Below are positions 12,201-20,600 of a stretch of 64,000 nucleotides of DNA, piece after piece (the first letter of the stretch is position 1; every line of letters starts with the position of its first letter). Both the position numbers and the translations under genes were made by a program. Origin of the DNA: Alteromonadaceae bacterium. GTDB taxonomy: Bacteria; Pseudomonadota; Gammaproteobacteria; Enterobacterales; Alteromonadaceae. The notes under the pieces were generated by a model. The model was not told where the DNA came from, made no database searches, and saw nothing but the letters and a program-made list of their open reading frames with translations. The stretch is taken from the NCBI GenBank assembly GCA_013216005.1, contig JABSOJ010000012.1, forward strand, positions 4,247 through 68,246, read 5' to 3'.

Positions 12201-14064
12201 AATCCGGATCAAAAGGTACGTAAGCCCCACCAGCTTTGAGGGTAGCCCAAATAGCAATCACCATTTCGAATGATCGCGTCATACATAACGCCACCAAAGA
12301 CTCAGGTCCAACACCACAAGACTGTAAAAAATGAGCTAATTGATTAGCCTTGGCATTAAATTCTGCGTAGCTCAATGTCTGTGATTCATACACCAGAGCA
12401 ATATTGTCGGGCGTACGTTCAACCTGCGCCTCGAGTAATTGAAATACACATTGATCATCGGCAAAATCTATTGCCGTGTTATTTAAATCATGAAGCAAAT
12501 AACCTTTTTCAGCACTACTTAGTAACTCAAGTTGATGGATATCCTGCTGTGGTTCCTGGGCAATATTGCTCAACAAATTAACCAAATGCTGACCCATTTG
12601 TTTAATATGGTCCAAGTCAAAAATGTCGCTATTATATTCCAGTTGCAGGGCCAATCCGTCATCGGTTAATTTGGCTTCAAGAGTCAATTCAAACTTAGCC
12701 TGTACCTGCCCCGACTCCATCTGCTCGTTTTTCAAACCGGTCAGCATAACCTTATTGCCTAACTGCTCAGTATTATCCATACTGAACTGAATTTGGAATA
12801 ATGGTGAATAGGCAGTACTACGGGAAGGATTCAGTTTTTCAACCAGTAATTCGAATGGTATATCCTGATTAATCTGAGCATCCAGATTAACTTTTTTCAC
12901 ATAAGCTAAAAAATCTACAAAGGATCTCGATGTTTCACAGTTAGTACGCAGCACTAATGTATTAACAAAACAGCCAACCACATCCTCCAGTTCTTTTTGA
13001 CCACGGTTAGCTATCGGTGTACCAATCACTATATCGTGACTGTTAGCGTAACGGGACAACAATAAAGAAAACGCACTGTGCAGCAACATAAACATAGTAG
13101 ACTGTTGTGTACTCGCAATTTTCTTGAGCCGATCCGTTAAGTCTTTGTCACATTTAAAATCAAGCTGACCGCCATTGGTGGTATGGTATTTTGGTCTTGG
13201 TGAATCCAGCACAAGATTATGCACCAATGGCAAGTCATCAAGCTGATTAAGCCAATAAGCAATCTGTTTTTGTGCCCTTTTCCCATTTAATAATTCGGTT
13301 TGCCAATGGGCGTAATCGGCATAATTAACTGCCAAAGGCAATTTTTCAGGAAATTCTCCTTCACCAATAACACTATAAAAATGAATGAAATCTTTCACCA
13401 ACAATGCCCGCGACCAACCGTCAGAAGCAATATGATGGACGTTGATCATCAGCACACCTTCACTGCTTGGACCATTATCAACCAGTGCAATATAACTGGC
13501 CCTGATCATCAATCCTTCTGACAAATCGAATGCAGTAGACACATCCTTTTTCATCGTATCTCGCAATATTTGTGTTTGTTGATCAGCCTGATAACCCGTC
13601 AAATCTACCTTGTTAAGCGAAAATTCAAAGGTTTGTGCAATACACGACACCATGCCGTTGCCTTTTGAAGGATAGCTGGTTCTTAAAGGTTGATGCCGTT
13701 TAATTACTGCAATAAAGGCCTGTTCTGCCGCAACCAGATTAAATTCGCCGGTAAGTTTCATTGCACTTGGCATATTATAATGAGCACCACCGCCTTCTAT
13801 TTGACACACCAACCAGAAACGTTGTTGCGCATAAGAGGTAGGTACTTGTTCAGGATCATGACTTAACCGCTTGATCTGAATTTTCTGCTGGGTTTCGTGT
13901 CCCTGCAACCAATCGATAATCTCCGGCTTTCTTTGTTTGAGCTGTTGCAGCAGTTCAGGACCAAGTAATGAGGCCTTCCCCCTAACTTTAAGACTACCTT
14001 CGTCATCAAGTTGCAGTTTAATGCCTTTACTACTAACCAACTGCAATAACTCTATTATTTTCAT
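202..14064 (-). CDS. Non-ribosomal peptide synthetase, four modules plus terminal thioesterase (dd-C-A9-T-C-A10-T-C-A11-T-C-A12-T-TE)
   Basis: Uninterrupted 13.9-kb ORF with four repeats of three domains: C (HHIASDGWS), A (YTSG[ST]TG.PKG ... GRID.QVK.RG.RIELGEIE) and T (GGHSLL). The C-terminal TE has GWSMGG (Ser codon 745..747). The N-terminal ~55 aa look like a TubC-type docking domain. By-eye codes: A9 DVWHFSLIDK (Ser, EntF-like), A10 DLFNNALTYK (Ala), A11 DVYYVVGVFK and A12 DIETIGTVIK (both unassigned). Confidence 0.97.
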   Translation of the reverse strand: MKIIELLQLVSSKGIKLQLDDEGSLKVRGKASLLGPELLQQLKQRKPEIIDWLQGHETQQKIQIKRLSHDPEQVPTSYAQQRFWLVCQIEGGGAHYNMPSAMKLTGEFNLVAAEQAFIAVIKRHQPLRTSYPSKGNGMVSCIAQTFEFSLNKVDLTGYQADQQTQILRDTMKKDVSTAFDLSEGLMIRASYIALVDNGPSSEGVLMINVHHIASDGWSRALLVKDFIHFYSVIGEGEFPEKLPLAVNYADYAHWQTELLNGKRAQKQIAYWLNQLDDLPLVHNLVLDSPRPKYHTTNGGQLDFKCDKDLTDRLKKIASTQQSTMFMLLHSAFSLLLSRYANSHDIVIGTPIANRGQKELEDVVGCFVNTLVLRTNCETSRSFVDFLAYVKKVNLDAQINQDIPFELLVEKLNPSRSTAYSPLFQIQFSMDNTEQLGNKVMLTGLKNEQMESGQVQAKFELTLEAKLTDDGLALQLEYNSDIFDLDHIKQMGQHLVNLLSNIAQEPQQDIHQLELLSSAEKGYLLHDLNNTAIDFADDQCVFQLLEAQVERTPDNIALVYESQTLSYAEFNAKANQLAHFLQSCGVGPESLVALCMTRSFEMVIAIWATLKAGGAYVPFDPDLPTARLEKMLNASKPSVVLTQTSLQAILAEFCQKNHIKQYCQDDQHFDAQLQQRPADNINRDKVSSLSSAYVIYTSGSTGEPKGVVCIHQGLVNRVDWMQREYQLTAEDVVLQKTPYSFDVSVWEFIWPLLYGARMVIAKPEGHKEPQYLSQLIQQQGVTTLHFVPSMLNMMLLGSDWSSCRSVRQVFCSGEALPKDLQDAFFASGCNALLHNLYGPTEASIDVSFWQCQPESVLHTVPIGKPIQNIQLVILDKYNKLVPFGVVGELHIGGVGLARGYLNQSELTGEKFIANPLSGLLTDRLYKTGDLVRFMTDGQIEYIGRIDHQVKIRGFRIELGEIENQLTGVTAVQSALVMARNEGLQTQLVAYAVPNQKGTDAEQLIITMREHLQQTLPQYMVPAAFVILEKWPLSANGKINRKLLPAPDMLDLAGEFITPEGDTELALAVIWAELLNLDSDKISATADFFALGGHSLLAVRLIGSIRQQHNVELQVRDIFELSVLSALAKAIQVGEVQQGGGSILKVTRDDQPLLTSFAQQRLWFIDQLNSGSAFYNMPVALQVAGTFDVALAGSVFQLLIERHEPLRTVFESEHQGKYQKILQDVKFQLNSIDLTGLSDDEQQERVQREVVKESSALFDLSCELMLRGAFIKLGEQEGVLLFTMHHIASDGWSMGVLVREFGLLYQALIHKKVIQLPPLTVQYADYSAWQRDYLQGEVLERKLRYWTEQLANAPQVHSLPLDHTRPIEQTFNGASFAFKLDDTATTRLNLLARQHNASLFMLLHSAFAILLSRHSENNDIMIGTPVANRTCPELEGLVGFFVNTLVLRTKCEPQLSFVDFLTRVRDINFDAQLHQDIPFEQLVEILRPSRSRSHTPLFQIMFSMDTNEVTPSQLFDLTLSPLSLNSESGEMAKFDLTLNANETDQGINFSFNYNTDLFNVDTIVKLSERLLILLHGIITSPNACLYELPLLTVKDIHYLKITVNQTENKAPRLPCLHHAFERQAERTPDAVAVENEERYLTYRQLNERANQLSHYLIEKGVSVGQFVGFCTLRNEDMIVAMMAILKVGGVYVPLDPNYPELRIDYIVGDTGLNLILTHQSLQQGLLAQDAELVILDDSQFNASLKHYDTNLGDLFELNKINQQNLAYVIYTSGSTGVPKGVLIEHGNAMALLQWAAAEYRPEEYQSILASTSVNFDLSVFEIFFPLSVGGRLLLVDNILALLDKPNLKPTLINTVPSGIKALLDSKVDISSAKVVNLAGEPLPKITVNRLFESGADLRVMNLYGPSEDTTYSTYAIFTGLLAEQPPIGTPVTNTRCYVLDEMKVMVPPGSVGELYVSGDGVSRGYQNLPEQTDERYLPDTFADQSGLKMYKTGDFVRYLPDGMLAYVGRIDDQVKIRGFRIELGEIEQQLIKLPQVESALVVAAPLDEGDRQLVAYIIISRQISDTDLRSVLARALPDYMVPAAFVELKEWPLTANGKIDKKALPPVKHHLSQHEYIEPKTATENSLVNIWAELLKLDADQISANANFFELGGHSLLSVRLIGELRDVLKVELSIRDIFEFSQLDQLASLVEQMQGRAVRAPVAAIDRAGPRLPSSFAQRRLWFIDQLSGGSAFYNMPGAMRVKGSFNQTAAEKVFQYIVDRHEPLRTVFKYADEGQYQHIVDGVHFRLNRFDLSGLPEVEQMTQVKTLFGKEASHVFDLSASLMLRVSFIRLAPDDGVLLLNIHHIASDGWSMQVLVREFYQLYEALVKNKPFHLPPLSVQYADYAQWQQNYLQGEVLEGQLSYWTAQLDDLPVVHSLELDNPRPAVPGHQGATVSRKITGQTAHAIQSLALGQGVTPFMVLHGVLSLVLSRHSNSKDIIIGTPVANRLQKSLDPLIGFFVNTLVLRCNTSVSDTFDGFLDHIKQINLDAQANQDLPFEQLVEQLSVTRSTQHTPLFQITLDVTTDKKPSNEGEMILDGLSIRAMESDQVLAKFELAVDAVISDNGIQLTWTYDQGLFNADTIEQLDDHLYRVLVAVADNPTISLAQLPMLTKTETEYLVKTLNNTRVEYPQDALLDCLFSAQAKKRTDGVAVTLDDREITYGALEQQSNRLAQYLQAQGVGRGALVGIAQPRSIETVVSILAILKTGAAYVPMDPEYPQARLHYIVNDSQMTHLVTLSALSPLFDELAVQCIELDNIAEILVDISCQPNVAAQHSASDLAYVIYTSGTTGQPKGVMVEHRNVVNLLSDFERLCPSVSNNQAMWWTSYCFDVSVYEIFSALCFGATLNIPGDSIRHDSKALFDWMAQRKIQQAYVPPFFVNDLVARVQQRNDLPLVHLLVGVEPIASLTLLTIKQQISELTIVNGYGPSETTVFSTRHIVGAKTPTDEQATPIGVPLQNTQIYLVDEHNQLVPFGSVGELVIAGAGVSRGYLNRPELMAEKFIANPFDNGDSGRLYKSGDLARFQPNGELAFIGRVDDQVKVQGYRIELGEIEQQIIALESVLSCLVLALDTQEGIKQLVAYVQFKKEHETVEPSSLALLLSENLPDYMLPSVWLTVTEWPLTTNGKIDKKGLPKPDSLLSQTVYVAPKTTTEKALVELWAELLNVDVAIIGRETNFFVLGGHSLLSVRLIGVIRVQLNVELSVRDIFEYGQLGQLALIIEQQQGKVVRAPVTVIKRSGQRLSSSFAQRRLWFIDQLSNGSAFYNMPGALKLSGVFDEDMAEKAFQYIVERHEPLRTVFKDEDEGQYQQIVEDARFTLTRIDLSALSEPDQMAEVKILFAHEADHIFDLSQSLMLRATTVRLRSDEYVLLFNMHHIASDGWSMKVLLSEFCQLYQGFVDGKLASLPPLKVQYADYAHWQQERHNDGQLQHQLDYWTNQLAGVPAVHSLTLDRQRPQTSANIGGQITGRANKQVADALNELALSHNATPFMVLHAAVSLLLSYHSNSQDIVVGTAVANRLQRELDPLIGFFVNTLVLRLDTQVSDFTELLLRARQVNLDAQTNQDVPFEQLVEHCRVSRSTGHTPLFQIMLSLEEQNEERINLPGLAISALSDGQAAQDGSTVVAKFDLDISASFSDNGIDFLWVYDKALFDKDKVEQFNRHLLQLLSGIAKAPTAAIKDLSFMGEKEASRWIRTANDLSPRRSSVALVHQQFLSQVNKGQDNIALVFDDQQLTYAQLNSQANRLAHYLIDNNCVAGDFIGLSVERSVEMIVAVLAILKAGCAYVPLDPTYPSARLKYMVEDSGLKCLLTQSSLTDALDLPDDIKVFALDEPSIVKKMAGFPTVEPCLDCQPASSNLAYVIYTSGTTGQPKGVMISHQNWMAYLEGIRQEYRMNPADKVLQFSSISFDIFVEELSLSLLSGATLVLQSGSGLPAWAEFWQLVQSSNISIVTVPTAYWHLLCTDEDLASQVQNSDLRLLIMGGEAMSDSHLKVWDECVGASVQLFNTYGPTETTVIASSFDVSGYHETMPSVPIGTAIDNTYLMVLDEHQHPVPQGVCGELYIGGRAVSDGYLNKQTLTDTQFIANPYGDDVSDRLYRSGDLVRYLADGNLVFVGRIDEQVKLRGYRIELKEIERQLVLCQRVTDAMAMVREVGQHADRQLIAYVVSEQEQGLGAAAIKQQLAQVLPQYMVPSSIVIVECWPLTPNGKVDKKALPLIEAVVDDGDLDKPGTVTEQELTQIWALLLGLDAETISVTANFFSLGGHSLLISRLLKQVNQHFSCQLSMNNLYQLQTIRQSAQLIEQARLIAGTYTRSNAGNYEQNSLLITLKPSRSDLPPLYLVHPVGGQVVCYSALVGAMKYRGAVIGIVMPENAEVSIEQTAVLYLNEIKANDNSQAYCLAGWSMGGVIALEMAQQVVGNGDEVKVLLMIDSYNPADLDDNALSDTERERQLLAIMVAELGIDYGQFAQEQLQQPIAQLLKLVVDLGIEQSVLPNDMTVEELTSRFAQLTDNDRMLANYQPAPYDGMVELIRAEEGKMVQDESSWQSLLGQLSVTLVQANHFTLMQHSFVESLAMFIDSSLSKK
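205..1010 (-). other. Terminal thioesterase domain (approximate bounds)
   Basis: PLYLVHPVGGQ, GWSMGG (Ser 745..747), and a C-terminal ANHFTL His context. Confidence 0.85.
4141..4203. repeat. Intragenic DNA repeat (copy 1), from paralogous C-domain N-termini of modules 12 and 11
   Basis: 4141..4203 versus 7351..7413 shows 58 of 63 identical positions by eye. A more diverged third copy lies near 10540..10600. Confidence 0.7.
7351..7413. repeat. Intragenic DNA repeat (copy 2)
   Basis: See 4141..4203. Confidence 0.7.
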
Positions 14065-17000
14065 AGGATTTCTTCTATTTCATCGTCATCCAGTGCACTG
14101 CCAAAATCATTATCTGGACCGGACAGCGATTGGCTCAATTTATATTCATCCACCACGTTCGACAATACTTCAAGTGTCGCTGCATTCGCCACATCTGCTA
14201 CGGTTAACGTAACGTCAAAAGCTTCAGTTATTTCACTTAACATGCGCATTAACAACAAGGAATGACCACCCAATTCAAAGAAGTTAGCTGTGATACTGAC
14301 ATCTTCATTTTTCAGTTTAAGCAAATTGGTCCATACGCCAACCAGTACAGTTTGGGTTTGATTAACAGGTGCAACATACTCTCCCTGAAAACCAAAACTC
14401 TGTGGTATTGGCAAGGCTTTTTTGTTTACTTTTCCATTGGGCGTCAGTGGCCATTGCTCAATAAGTACAAAAGCTGTTGGCACCATATGATCAGGCAAGG
14501 TGTTTTTTAACTGGTTACGTAACTGTAAGGCCATTTCTGCTTCACTGTTTTTTTGGTCTTGATCCCTTTGTACCTTGATATAAGCCACAAGTTGTTGCTG
14601 ACCTGTTCCGTCGTCTCTGGCAACAACAACGGCTGAATCAATCTGCTCAACATCAATCAGCTGCTTTTCTATTTCGCCCAGTTCAATCCTGAACCCCCGA
14701 ATTTTAACTTGCTCATCTGTACGACCCAAATAATCCAGACTACCGTCACTGCGTCTGCGAACGAGATCTCCGGTCTTGTACAATCGTCCACCCGCTTCAA
14801 ACGGGTTATCGATAAAACGCTCAGCCGTCATTTCGTCAGCATTGAGATAGCCTCTGGCCAAGCCTTCACCACCAATATGAAGCTCACCAGCCATCCCTGA
14901 TAGCGTCATGGTTAGATTAGGGCTGAGAATATAAAACTGAGTATTGTCGATGGGCTTGCCTACCATCACTTCTTCGGTGATCTGTTGGCAACCTGACCAC
15001 ACGGTAGTTTCCGTCGGTCCGTACATGTTCCAGACCTCACCATAGCGTTTAACCATAGACGTCGCTAAATGTGCAGGTAAAGCTTCTCCACCACACAACG
15101 CCTTGAATTGTCGACTTGATTGGCTGCTTGATTGCGGGCTCCAGTCATTAACCGCATCCAACATGGTCCAAGTTGCTGGGGTCGCCTGCATCACACTTAT
15201 TTGATACTCATCAATATATTGACTCAACGCAAACGCGTCTCTAGCCACCTGCTCGTTGGCCAAATGCACTGTGCCACCAACCAGTAACGGCAAATATAAT
15301 TCCAGTACCGAAATATCAAAGCTCACCGGTGTAATTGCAAGGAGACTATCCTGATCGTTAAACCCCGGTGATTTAGCCATTGAAGCAAGAAAATTAATCA
15401 TTGCACCCTGTTCAATACAGACCCCTTTTGGTAAACCTGTCGAACCCGAGGTATAAATAACATAAGCAATATCATCATGGGTAGAGGGTGTTGATAATTC
15501 AACCACGTGACCAGACTGTTGATCCAGTTGTGTCATCACATCGTTGTTATCCAACATGATCACGTTATCACTGGGCAAACCAATCGCCTGCCAAGTTTGG
15601 CTGATTGAAATAACTTTTACCGCTTTTGCATGGTCTAGCATGTAACTAATCCGCTCCTGCGGATAATCAACCGAGACAGGAATATAAGTAGCCCCTACTT
15701 TTTGTACTGCCAACAAGCTAAATAGCAATTGCGGCGTTCTTTGCAAACACACCGCGACAAAATCACCCTTGTTGACCCCTTGACTCTGAAGATAATGAGC
15801 CATTTGATTGCTTCTTTGCTCCAGCTCTTGATAACTAAAGCTTTCACCCTCACAAACCAAAGCAATAGCATCGGGGGATTTGCTCGCTTGTTGTGTTAAT
15901 TGTTGATGGAAGCAGGCTTGGTCTTTCAAAAAGACCTCGGGACCACGCATGACATCGGCGCTATTGAACGAATCTGTATCAAGCAAATCGGCATCGAGCA
16001 ACGACAGATTCAAATCGGCACGGGTCATTTTGGTCAGAATATGTTGTAGATGATCGCCAATTTGCGTGATAGCCTCAGGCTTAAACTGCTCGGTCCGATA
16101 ATGGATGGTGACCAGTAAGTGGTCAGTAAAACTAGCATATAAAGTCAAGCCGTAATTGGTTTGCTCTTCACTTTCGATCAACGAAATGCTGACAGTTTCT
16201 TTCTTTTTAGGTTCAGCGCTGATTTGACCCACAGGATAATTTTCGTATATCACTAATGAATCAAACAATGAAGTACCGCTTGGGATCTTGCTTTGTTGTT
16301 GAATTTCAGTCAATGACAGGTAACCATGCTCATTACGTAACACATTTTCACCATGTAAAGCTCGGATCTGTTCAAGGACGCTGGTATCGTTATCAAATAC
16401 GATCCTCGACGGAATCGAGTTGATAAACAAGCCCACCATATCTTCCACCCCCTGTAATTCAGCAGGTCGACCAGAAATGGTTGCGCCGAAGGAGATATCT
16501 TCTTCACCAGTGTAACAATACAGCAAATAAGACCAAGCAAACTGCAACAACACATTTACTGTACAGTGATGCGTTTTGGCAAGTACGGCAAGATCGTGAC
16601 TAACACTTTTATCAAAAACCAACGGCAACTCACGAAATTGACCTGTCGGCATTGAGCTATTGATCTGCATCGGCAACGGTGTCGGCGAGGTCAATCCAGC
16701 CAGTTGGTGTTGCCAAAACGCCATAGATTTTTCTTTATCGTTTTTAAATAACCAACCGATATAATCTACATAAGGAGCAACCGCTGCAAAGTTTGGCTTA
16801 AGGCCTTCAGATAAAGCTTGATATGCCTGCATCAATTCACCGAAAATCAATGAATTACACCAACCATCCAGCAATACATGATGATAAGTCCAAACAAAAT
16901 GAAAACGGTCTTCGGCAAGGCGAATAATACTGATACGCGTCAGAGGTGCATGAGCAAAATCAAATCCTTTTTCACGATCTTTGTCTCTGAAATCTACCAG

Positions 17001-17540
17001 CGCCTGAACTTGATCTTCTTCATTGAAGTTGCTAAAATCTTCTTTAAAAACTGGTAGTTGTACTTTTTTCTTAACCAATTGATGAATAGATTCATCTCCG
17101 AAACCAACAAAACAGGTCCGGAAAACATCATGTCGCTCAACAATAAATTTCCATGCGTTGACAAAGGCTATGGTATCGAGATTACCCTTCAATTCACCAA
17201 AGGTTTGTACCGTATAAGACACGCCGTCGCCGTCAAGCAAACCATGGTACAACATTCCCGTCTGCATCGGCGTAGCAATATAGATATTCTGCAAATCGAC
17301 ATGATTCGCTTTAATACGGGTAAACATTTCAGTACTAAGGTTAGCATAAGGAAAGTCAGTTCTGGTCAGTTCATCACCATAGGTAATAAAGTGAATTAAC
17401 GCCTCTTTATTGGCTTTTAACTGTGATAGCAGCTGTGAGGTCAGATTCTTGTCAGGATCATAAACTTTTAACTTGCCATCATCCAGACCGACCGTGATAT
17501 TTTTTTTAGTTAAGTCATTTAAAATACTATAAATGTGCAT
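14061..17540 (-). CDS. Non-ribosomal peptide synthetase, single module (dd-C-A8-T), Gly-type
   Basis: The C domain has HHVLLDGWC and an N-terminal ATPMQTGMLYHGLL. It follows an E domain, so it is presumably DCL type. The A domain has VIYTSGSTGLPKG with by-eye code DILQLGMVWK (Gly). The T domain has FFELGGHSLL. The N-terminal segment is TubC-like and the C-terminal tail is acidic (DDDEIEEIL). Its stop overlaps the next start as ATGA (14061..14064). Confidence 0.95.
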   Translation of the reverse strand: MHIYSILNDLTKKNITVGLDDGKLKVYDPDKNLTSQLLSQLKANKEALIHFITYGDELTRTDFPYANLSTEMFTRIKANHVDLQNIYIATPMQTGMLYHGLLDGDGVSYTVQTFGELKGNLDTIAFVNAWKFIVERHDVFRTCFVGFGDESIHQLVKKKVQLPVFKEDFSNFNEEDQVQALVDFRDKDREKGFDFAHAPLTRISIIRLAEDRFHFVWTYHHVLLDGWCNSLIFGELMQAYQALSEGLKPNFAAVAPYVDYIGWLFKNDKEKSMAFWQHQLAGLTSPTPLPMQINSSMPTGQFRELPLVFDKSVSHDLAVLAKTHHCTVNVLLQFAWSYLLYCYTGEEDISFGATISGRPAELQGVEDMVGLFINSIPSRIVFDNDTSVLEQIRALHGENVLRNEHGYLSLTEIQQQSKIPSGTSLFDSLVIYENYPVGQISAEPKKKETVSISLIESEEQTNYGLTLYASFTDHLLVTIHYRTEQFKPEAITQIGDHLQHILTKMTRADLNLSLLDADLLDTDSFNSADVMRGPEVFLKDQACFHQQLTQQASKSPDAIALVCEGESFSYQELEQRSNQMAHYLQSQGVNKGDFVAVCLQRTPQLLFSLLAVQKVGATYIPVSVDYPQERISYMLDHAKAVKVISISQTWQAIGLPSDNVIMLDNNDVMTQLDQQSGHVVELSTPSTHDDIAYVIYTSGSTGLPKGVCIEQGAMINFLASMAKSPGFNDQDSLLAITPVSFDISVLELYLPLLVGGTVHLANEQVARDAFALSQYIDEYQISVMQATPATWTMLDAVNDWSPQSSSQSSRQFKALCGGEALPAHLATSMVKRYGEVWNMYGPTETTVWSGCQQITEEVMVGKPIDNTQFYILSPNLTMTLSGMAGELHIGGEGLARGYLNADEMTAERFIDNPFEAGGRLYKTGDLVRRRSDGSLDYLGRTDEQVKIRGFRIELGEIEKQLIDVEQIDSAVVVARDDGTGQQQLVAYIKVQRDQDQKNSEAEMALQLRNQLKNTLPDHMVPTAFVLIEQWPLTPNGKVNKKALPIPQSFGFQGEYVAPVNQTQTVLVGVWTNLLKLKNEDVSITANFFELGGHSLLLMRMLSEITEAFDVTLTVADVANAATLEVLSNVVDEYKLSQSLSGPDNDFGSALDDDEIEEIL

Positions 17541-17658
17541 ATTAGGTCCTTAAAAGATAAAACAAATACCCCACAAGGATAATTGTTGTGCATTGTTACG
17601 CTTGTTGTTCATTGAATCTTTCCGCTGAACCTATACAAGACAGCTAGCAATGAGACGA

Positions 17659-20600
17659 CTAGATCTCAATACCCTCCACTTCCTCACCGATATTGAGTAA
17701 TATCTCTTTGTTTTTCTCCAATAAGGCTTTTTTCTCAGATGTCTCGATACACTCGTCAATCACAATATTCAAGCATTGGCTAAACGTCTGCGCCAATATT
17801 TGCAGAGCATCTTTGGTGATCACTGTCGATGAACATTCGATATGCAGCATGCCTTGAACTACAACACTATTGATGATCAATGACTCATTCTCTTTATTAC
17901 CCTCAGCAGATGAACGCCCTTCCGACTCTTTAGCCTTAGTAAAACCATCTACTGCTGTACCTGATGCTGATGTAACCGATGATTGTGTACCCGAGCCGCT
18001 ATCAAATTGACCAAGGTAATTGAACAACACCACAGGAGCATTGTTATCAGCTTCCAGCGCTATAATTTCTGGATCTTGAGCGATATACCTCAATACACCA
18101 TAACCGATGCCATTCTCCGGGATCATGCGATACTGATCCTTAACTTGTTTAATCAGTTCACCAGTGTCACCGCCACCCCTTGCCGTCAGTATTAATGGAT
18201 ACATGGTGGTAAACCAACCCACGGTTTCACTCAAATCAATCAGTTCATCTATGATTTCACGACCATGACCTTCCATGTTCAACCGCAGCACATCAACATC
18301 TGCCCAACGCTTGTAAGCAAGCAGTAATCCACTGAGCAGTAGTTCATTTATACGGGTACGGTAAGCTTGATTAGCATCTCCCAGCAACAATGTCGTCTGT
18401 TGTTTGTTCAACTCACTACTGGCCTTGTTTACCCCACCATGGCTATGTTTGATATCTGCATGGTTCAATGGCGGTACATCAATGGCTAGCTGTTTAGCCC
18501 AATAAGATTGTTCAGACAATAATTTTTGAGAACCAGCATAAACTTGCAGAACTTCACCCCATTGTTGATAAGACGAGGTTTTGCTTCCCAGCACTAACTT
18601 GCCATGGACTGACAATTGCTGCCATGCTGTATCCAGATCAGAGAACACCACTCGCCACGATACACCATCAATAACCATATGATGGCAAACAATGAGCAAG
18701 CGCCCGCCATTACTACCCAAATCAAAGTAAGCGGCTCTCATGACGGGTCCATCTACCAGATGTAAACTGGCTTGCAAAGTATCACAATTAGTCGTTAGAG
18801 CATGTTGTTGTTCTTGTTCGGGTAACTCAGATAAATCAAAGTGAGCGCATTTTTGGCTCATCGACAAATCAGCAATTTCGATATAACAATATTGCTGCGT
18901 GTTATCGTCAAATCGCAAACGGAAAACATCATGGCGTGTGATCAATGCTTCAACGATAGGTATTACATGCTCCTGTTCAAAGCCAGTCGGTGCATTAAGC
19001 AATATGGTTTGATTATAATGATTAGGATCGCTCAGGGTCATCTCGAAGAAGCGTTTTTGGACCGGTATCAGTAATTGATCTCCGGTGATCGGATGCTGTG
19101 GTGCTTCTATCGCTTTATTTTTGTTAATCACAGGTATCAACCCTGCAATAGTTTGATGATTAAATAAGTCTTTAACCGAGAATATTAAACCTTCTTTTCT
19201 CGCCCTGGCCACTAACTGAGTAGACATTATCGAATCGCCGCCAAGACTAAAGAAATTATCGGTAGTGCCTACATTTTCTATGTTCAGCAATTCTTGCCAT
19301 ATCTCACTTAACTTAACTTCCATATTTGATTCAGGTGCAGCATATTCAGCCTTTACCAAATTACTTTCATCCGGTTCAGGCAATGCTTTACGGTTGACTT
19401 TACCATTGGCAGTCAACGGCATTTCATCCATCACGATAAATGCGGTCGGCACCATATACTCTGGCAATATGGTAACCAATTGATCACGCATTTCAATGAT
19501 TACATGAGCATGGCTCAGTGCTGATTCTATCAAGGTAACATAAGCAACAAGTTGCTGTTGCCCCGAGGTTCCTTTACGGACCATCACCAATGACGTTTGT
19601 ACCTTGTTCTGTTCCGCCAGTTGATTTTCTATTTCCCCCAACTCTATACGAAAACCACGTAACTTAATTTGATCATCAATTCTGCTGATGTATTCCAACT
19701 CACCATCACCAATGAGCCTAACTAAATCACCTGTTTTGTACAAACGATCCGTAGGAAGTTCGTCGAACGGATTAGCGATAAACAGCTCAGCTGTCAGTTG
19801 AGCTTTATTCAAATACCCCCGGGCTAATCCTTTACCACCGATATGTAATTCCCCAATCACACCAAAGGGCACCAACTGATTAGTCTTGTCCAACACCACC
19901 AATTGGGTATTGTTTATCGGTTTGCCGATAGGTACAGTATTCAATCGGCAATCAGCTTTACACTGCCAGTAGCTAACATCAATTGATGCTTCTGTCGGTC
20001 CGTAGAGGTTATGCAACTCAGTGGTAGTTTCATGGGCAAAAAAACTATCCTGCAATTCTTTGTGCAAAGCTTCACCACTACAAAATACCTGTTTGACCGA
20101 ATCACGCCAGTCAGGATCGCAACCGATCAACATCGTATTGAGCATCGAAGGCACAAAATGTAGTACCGTCACCCCTTCGCTTTTGATAATTCCTGACAAA
20201 TATTGAGGGTCTTTTTGACCTTGCGGTTTAGCCATAACCAACGATGCCCCCACCATAAACGGCCAGACAAATTCCCACACCGAAACATCAAAACTGTAGG
20301 GTGTTTTTTGCAATACCACGTCCTGTTCATTCATCTGGTATTTGCTCTGCATCCAATCAATACGGTTTACCAACCCCTGATGTGTACAAACTACACCTTT
20401 GGGCAGCCCTGTTGAACCTGAAGTGTAGATAACATAGGCACAACTGAGTGAACTTTGCGGTGCTCTTTTAGGATTGCTGTCGACCATTTTATCAAGTTCG
20501 GCAGTTATGCCGTCGTCATCCAGACACAGAGTTTCAACCGAATCAATTTCATTGAACAAATGTTGTAAATGCTGCTGGGTTAATGCGTACCGGGCTTTGC

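Noticed and set aside
17058-17399. Many 60-113 aa ORFs on the strand opposite to, or in other frames of, the megasynthase genes. Examples: 17058..17399, 7203..7511, 41298..41600, 20474..20767, 22240..22536, 10829..11101.
   Set aside because: All lie wholly inside long, motif-rich NRPS/PKS reading frames. They have low-complexity, Cys/Ser/Leu-rich translations with no recognisable motifs and no obvious RBS. Antisense ORFs of this kind are typical of long coding regions.
17578-17596. A Fur-box-like start, GATAATTGTTGTGCATTGT, in the 118-nt gap between megasynthase genes.
   Set aside because: Only about 9 of 19 positions match the Fur consensus after the first hexamer, and there is no dyad symmetry.
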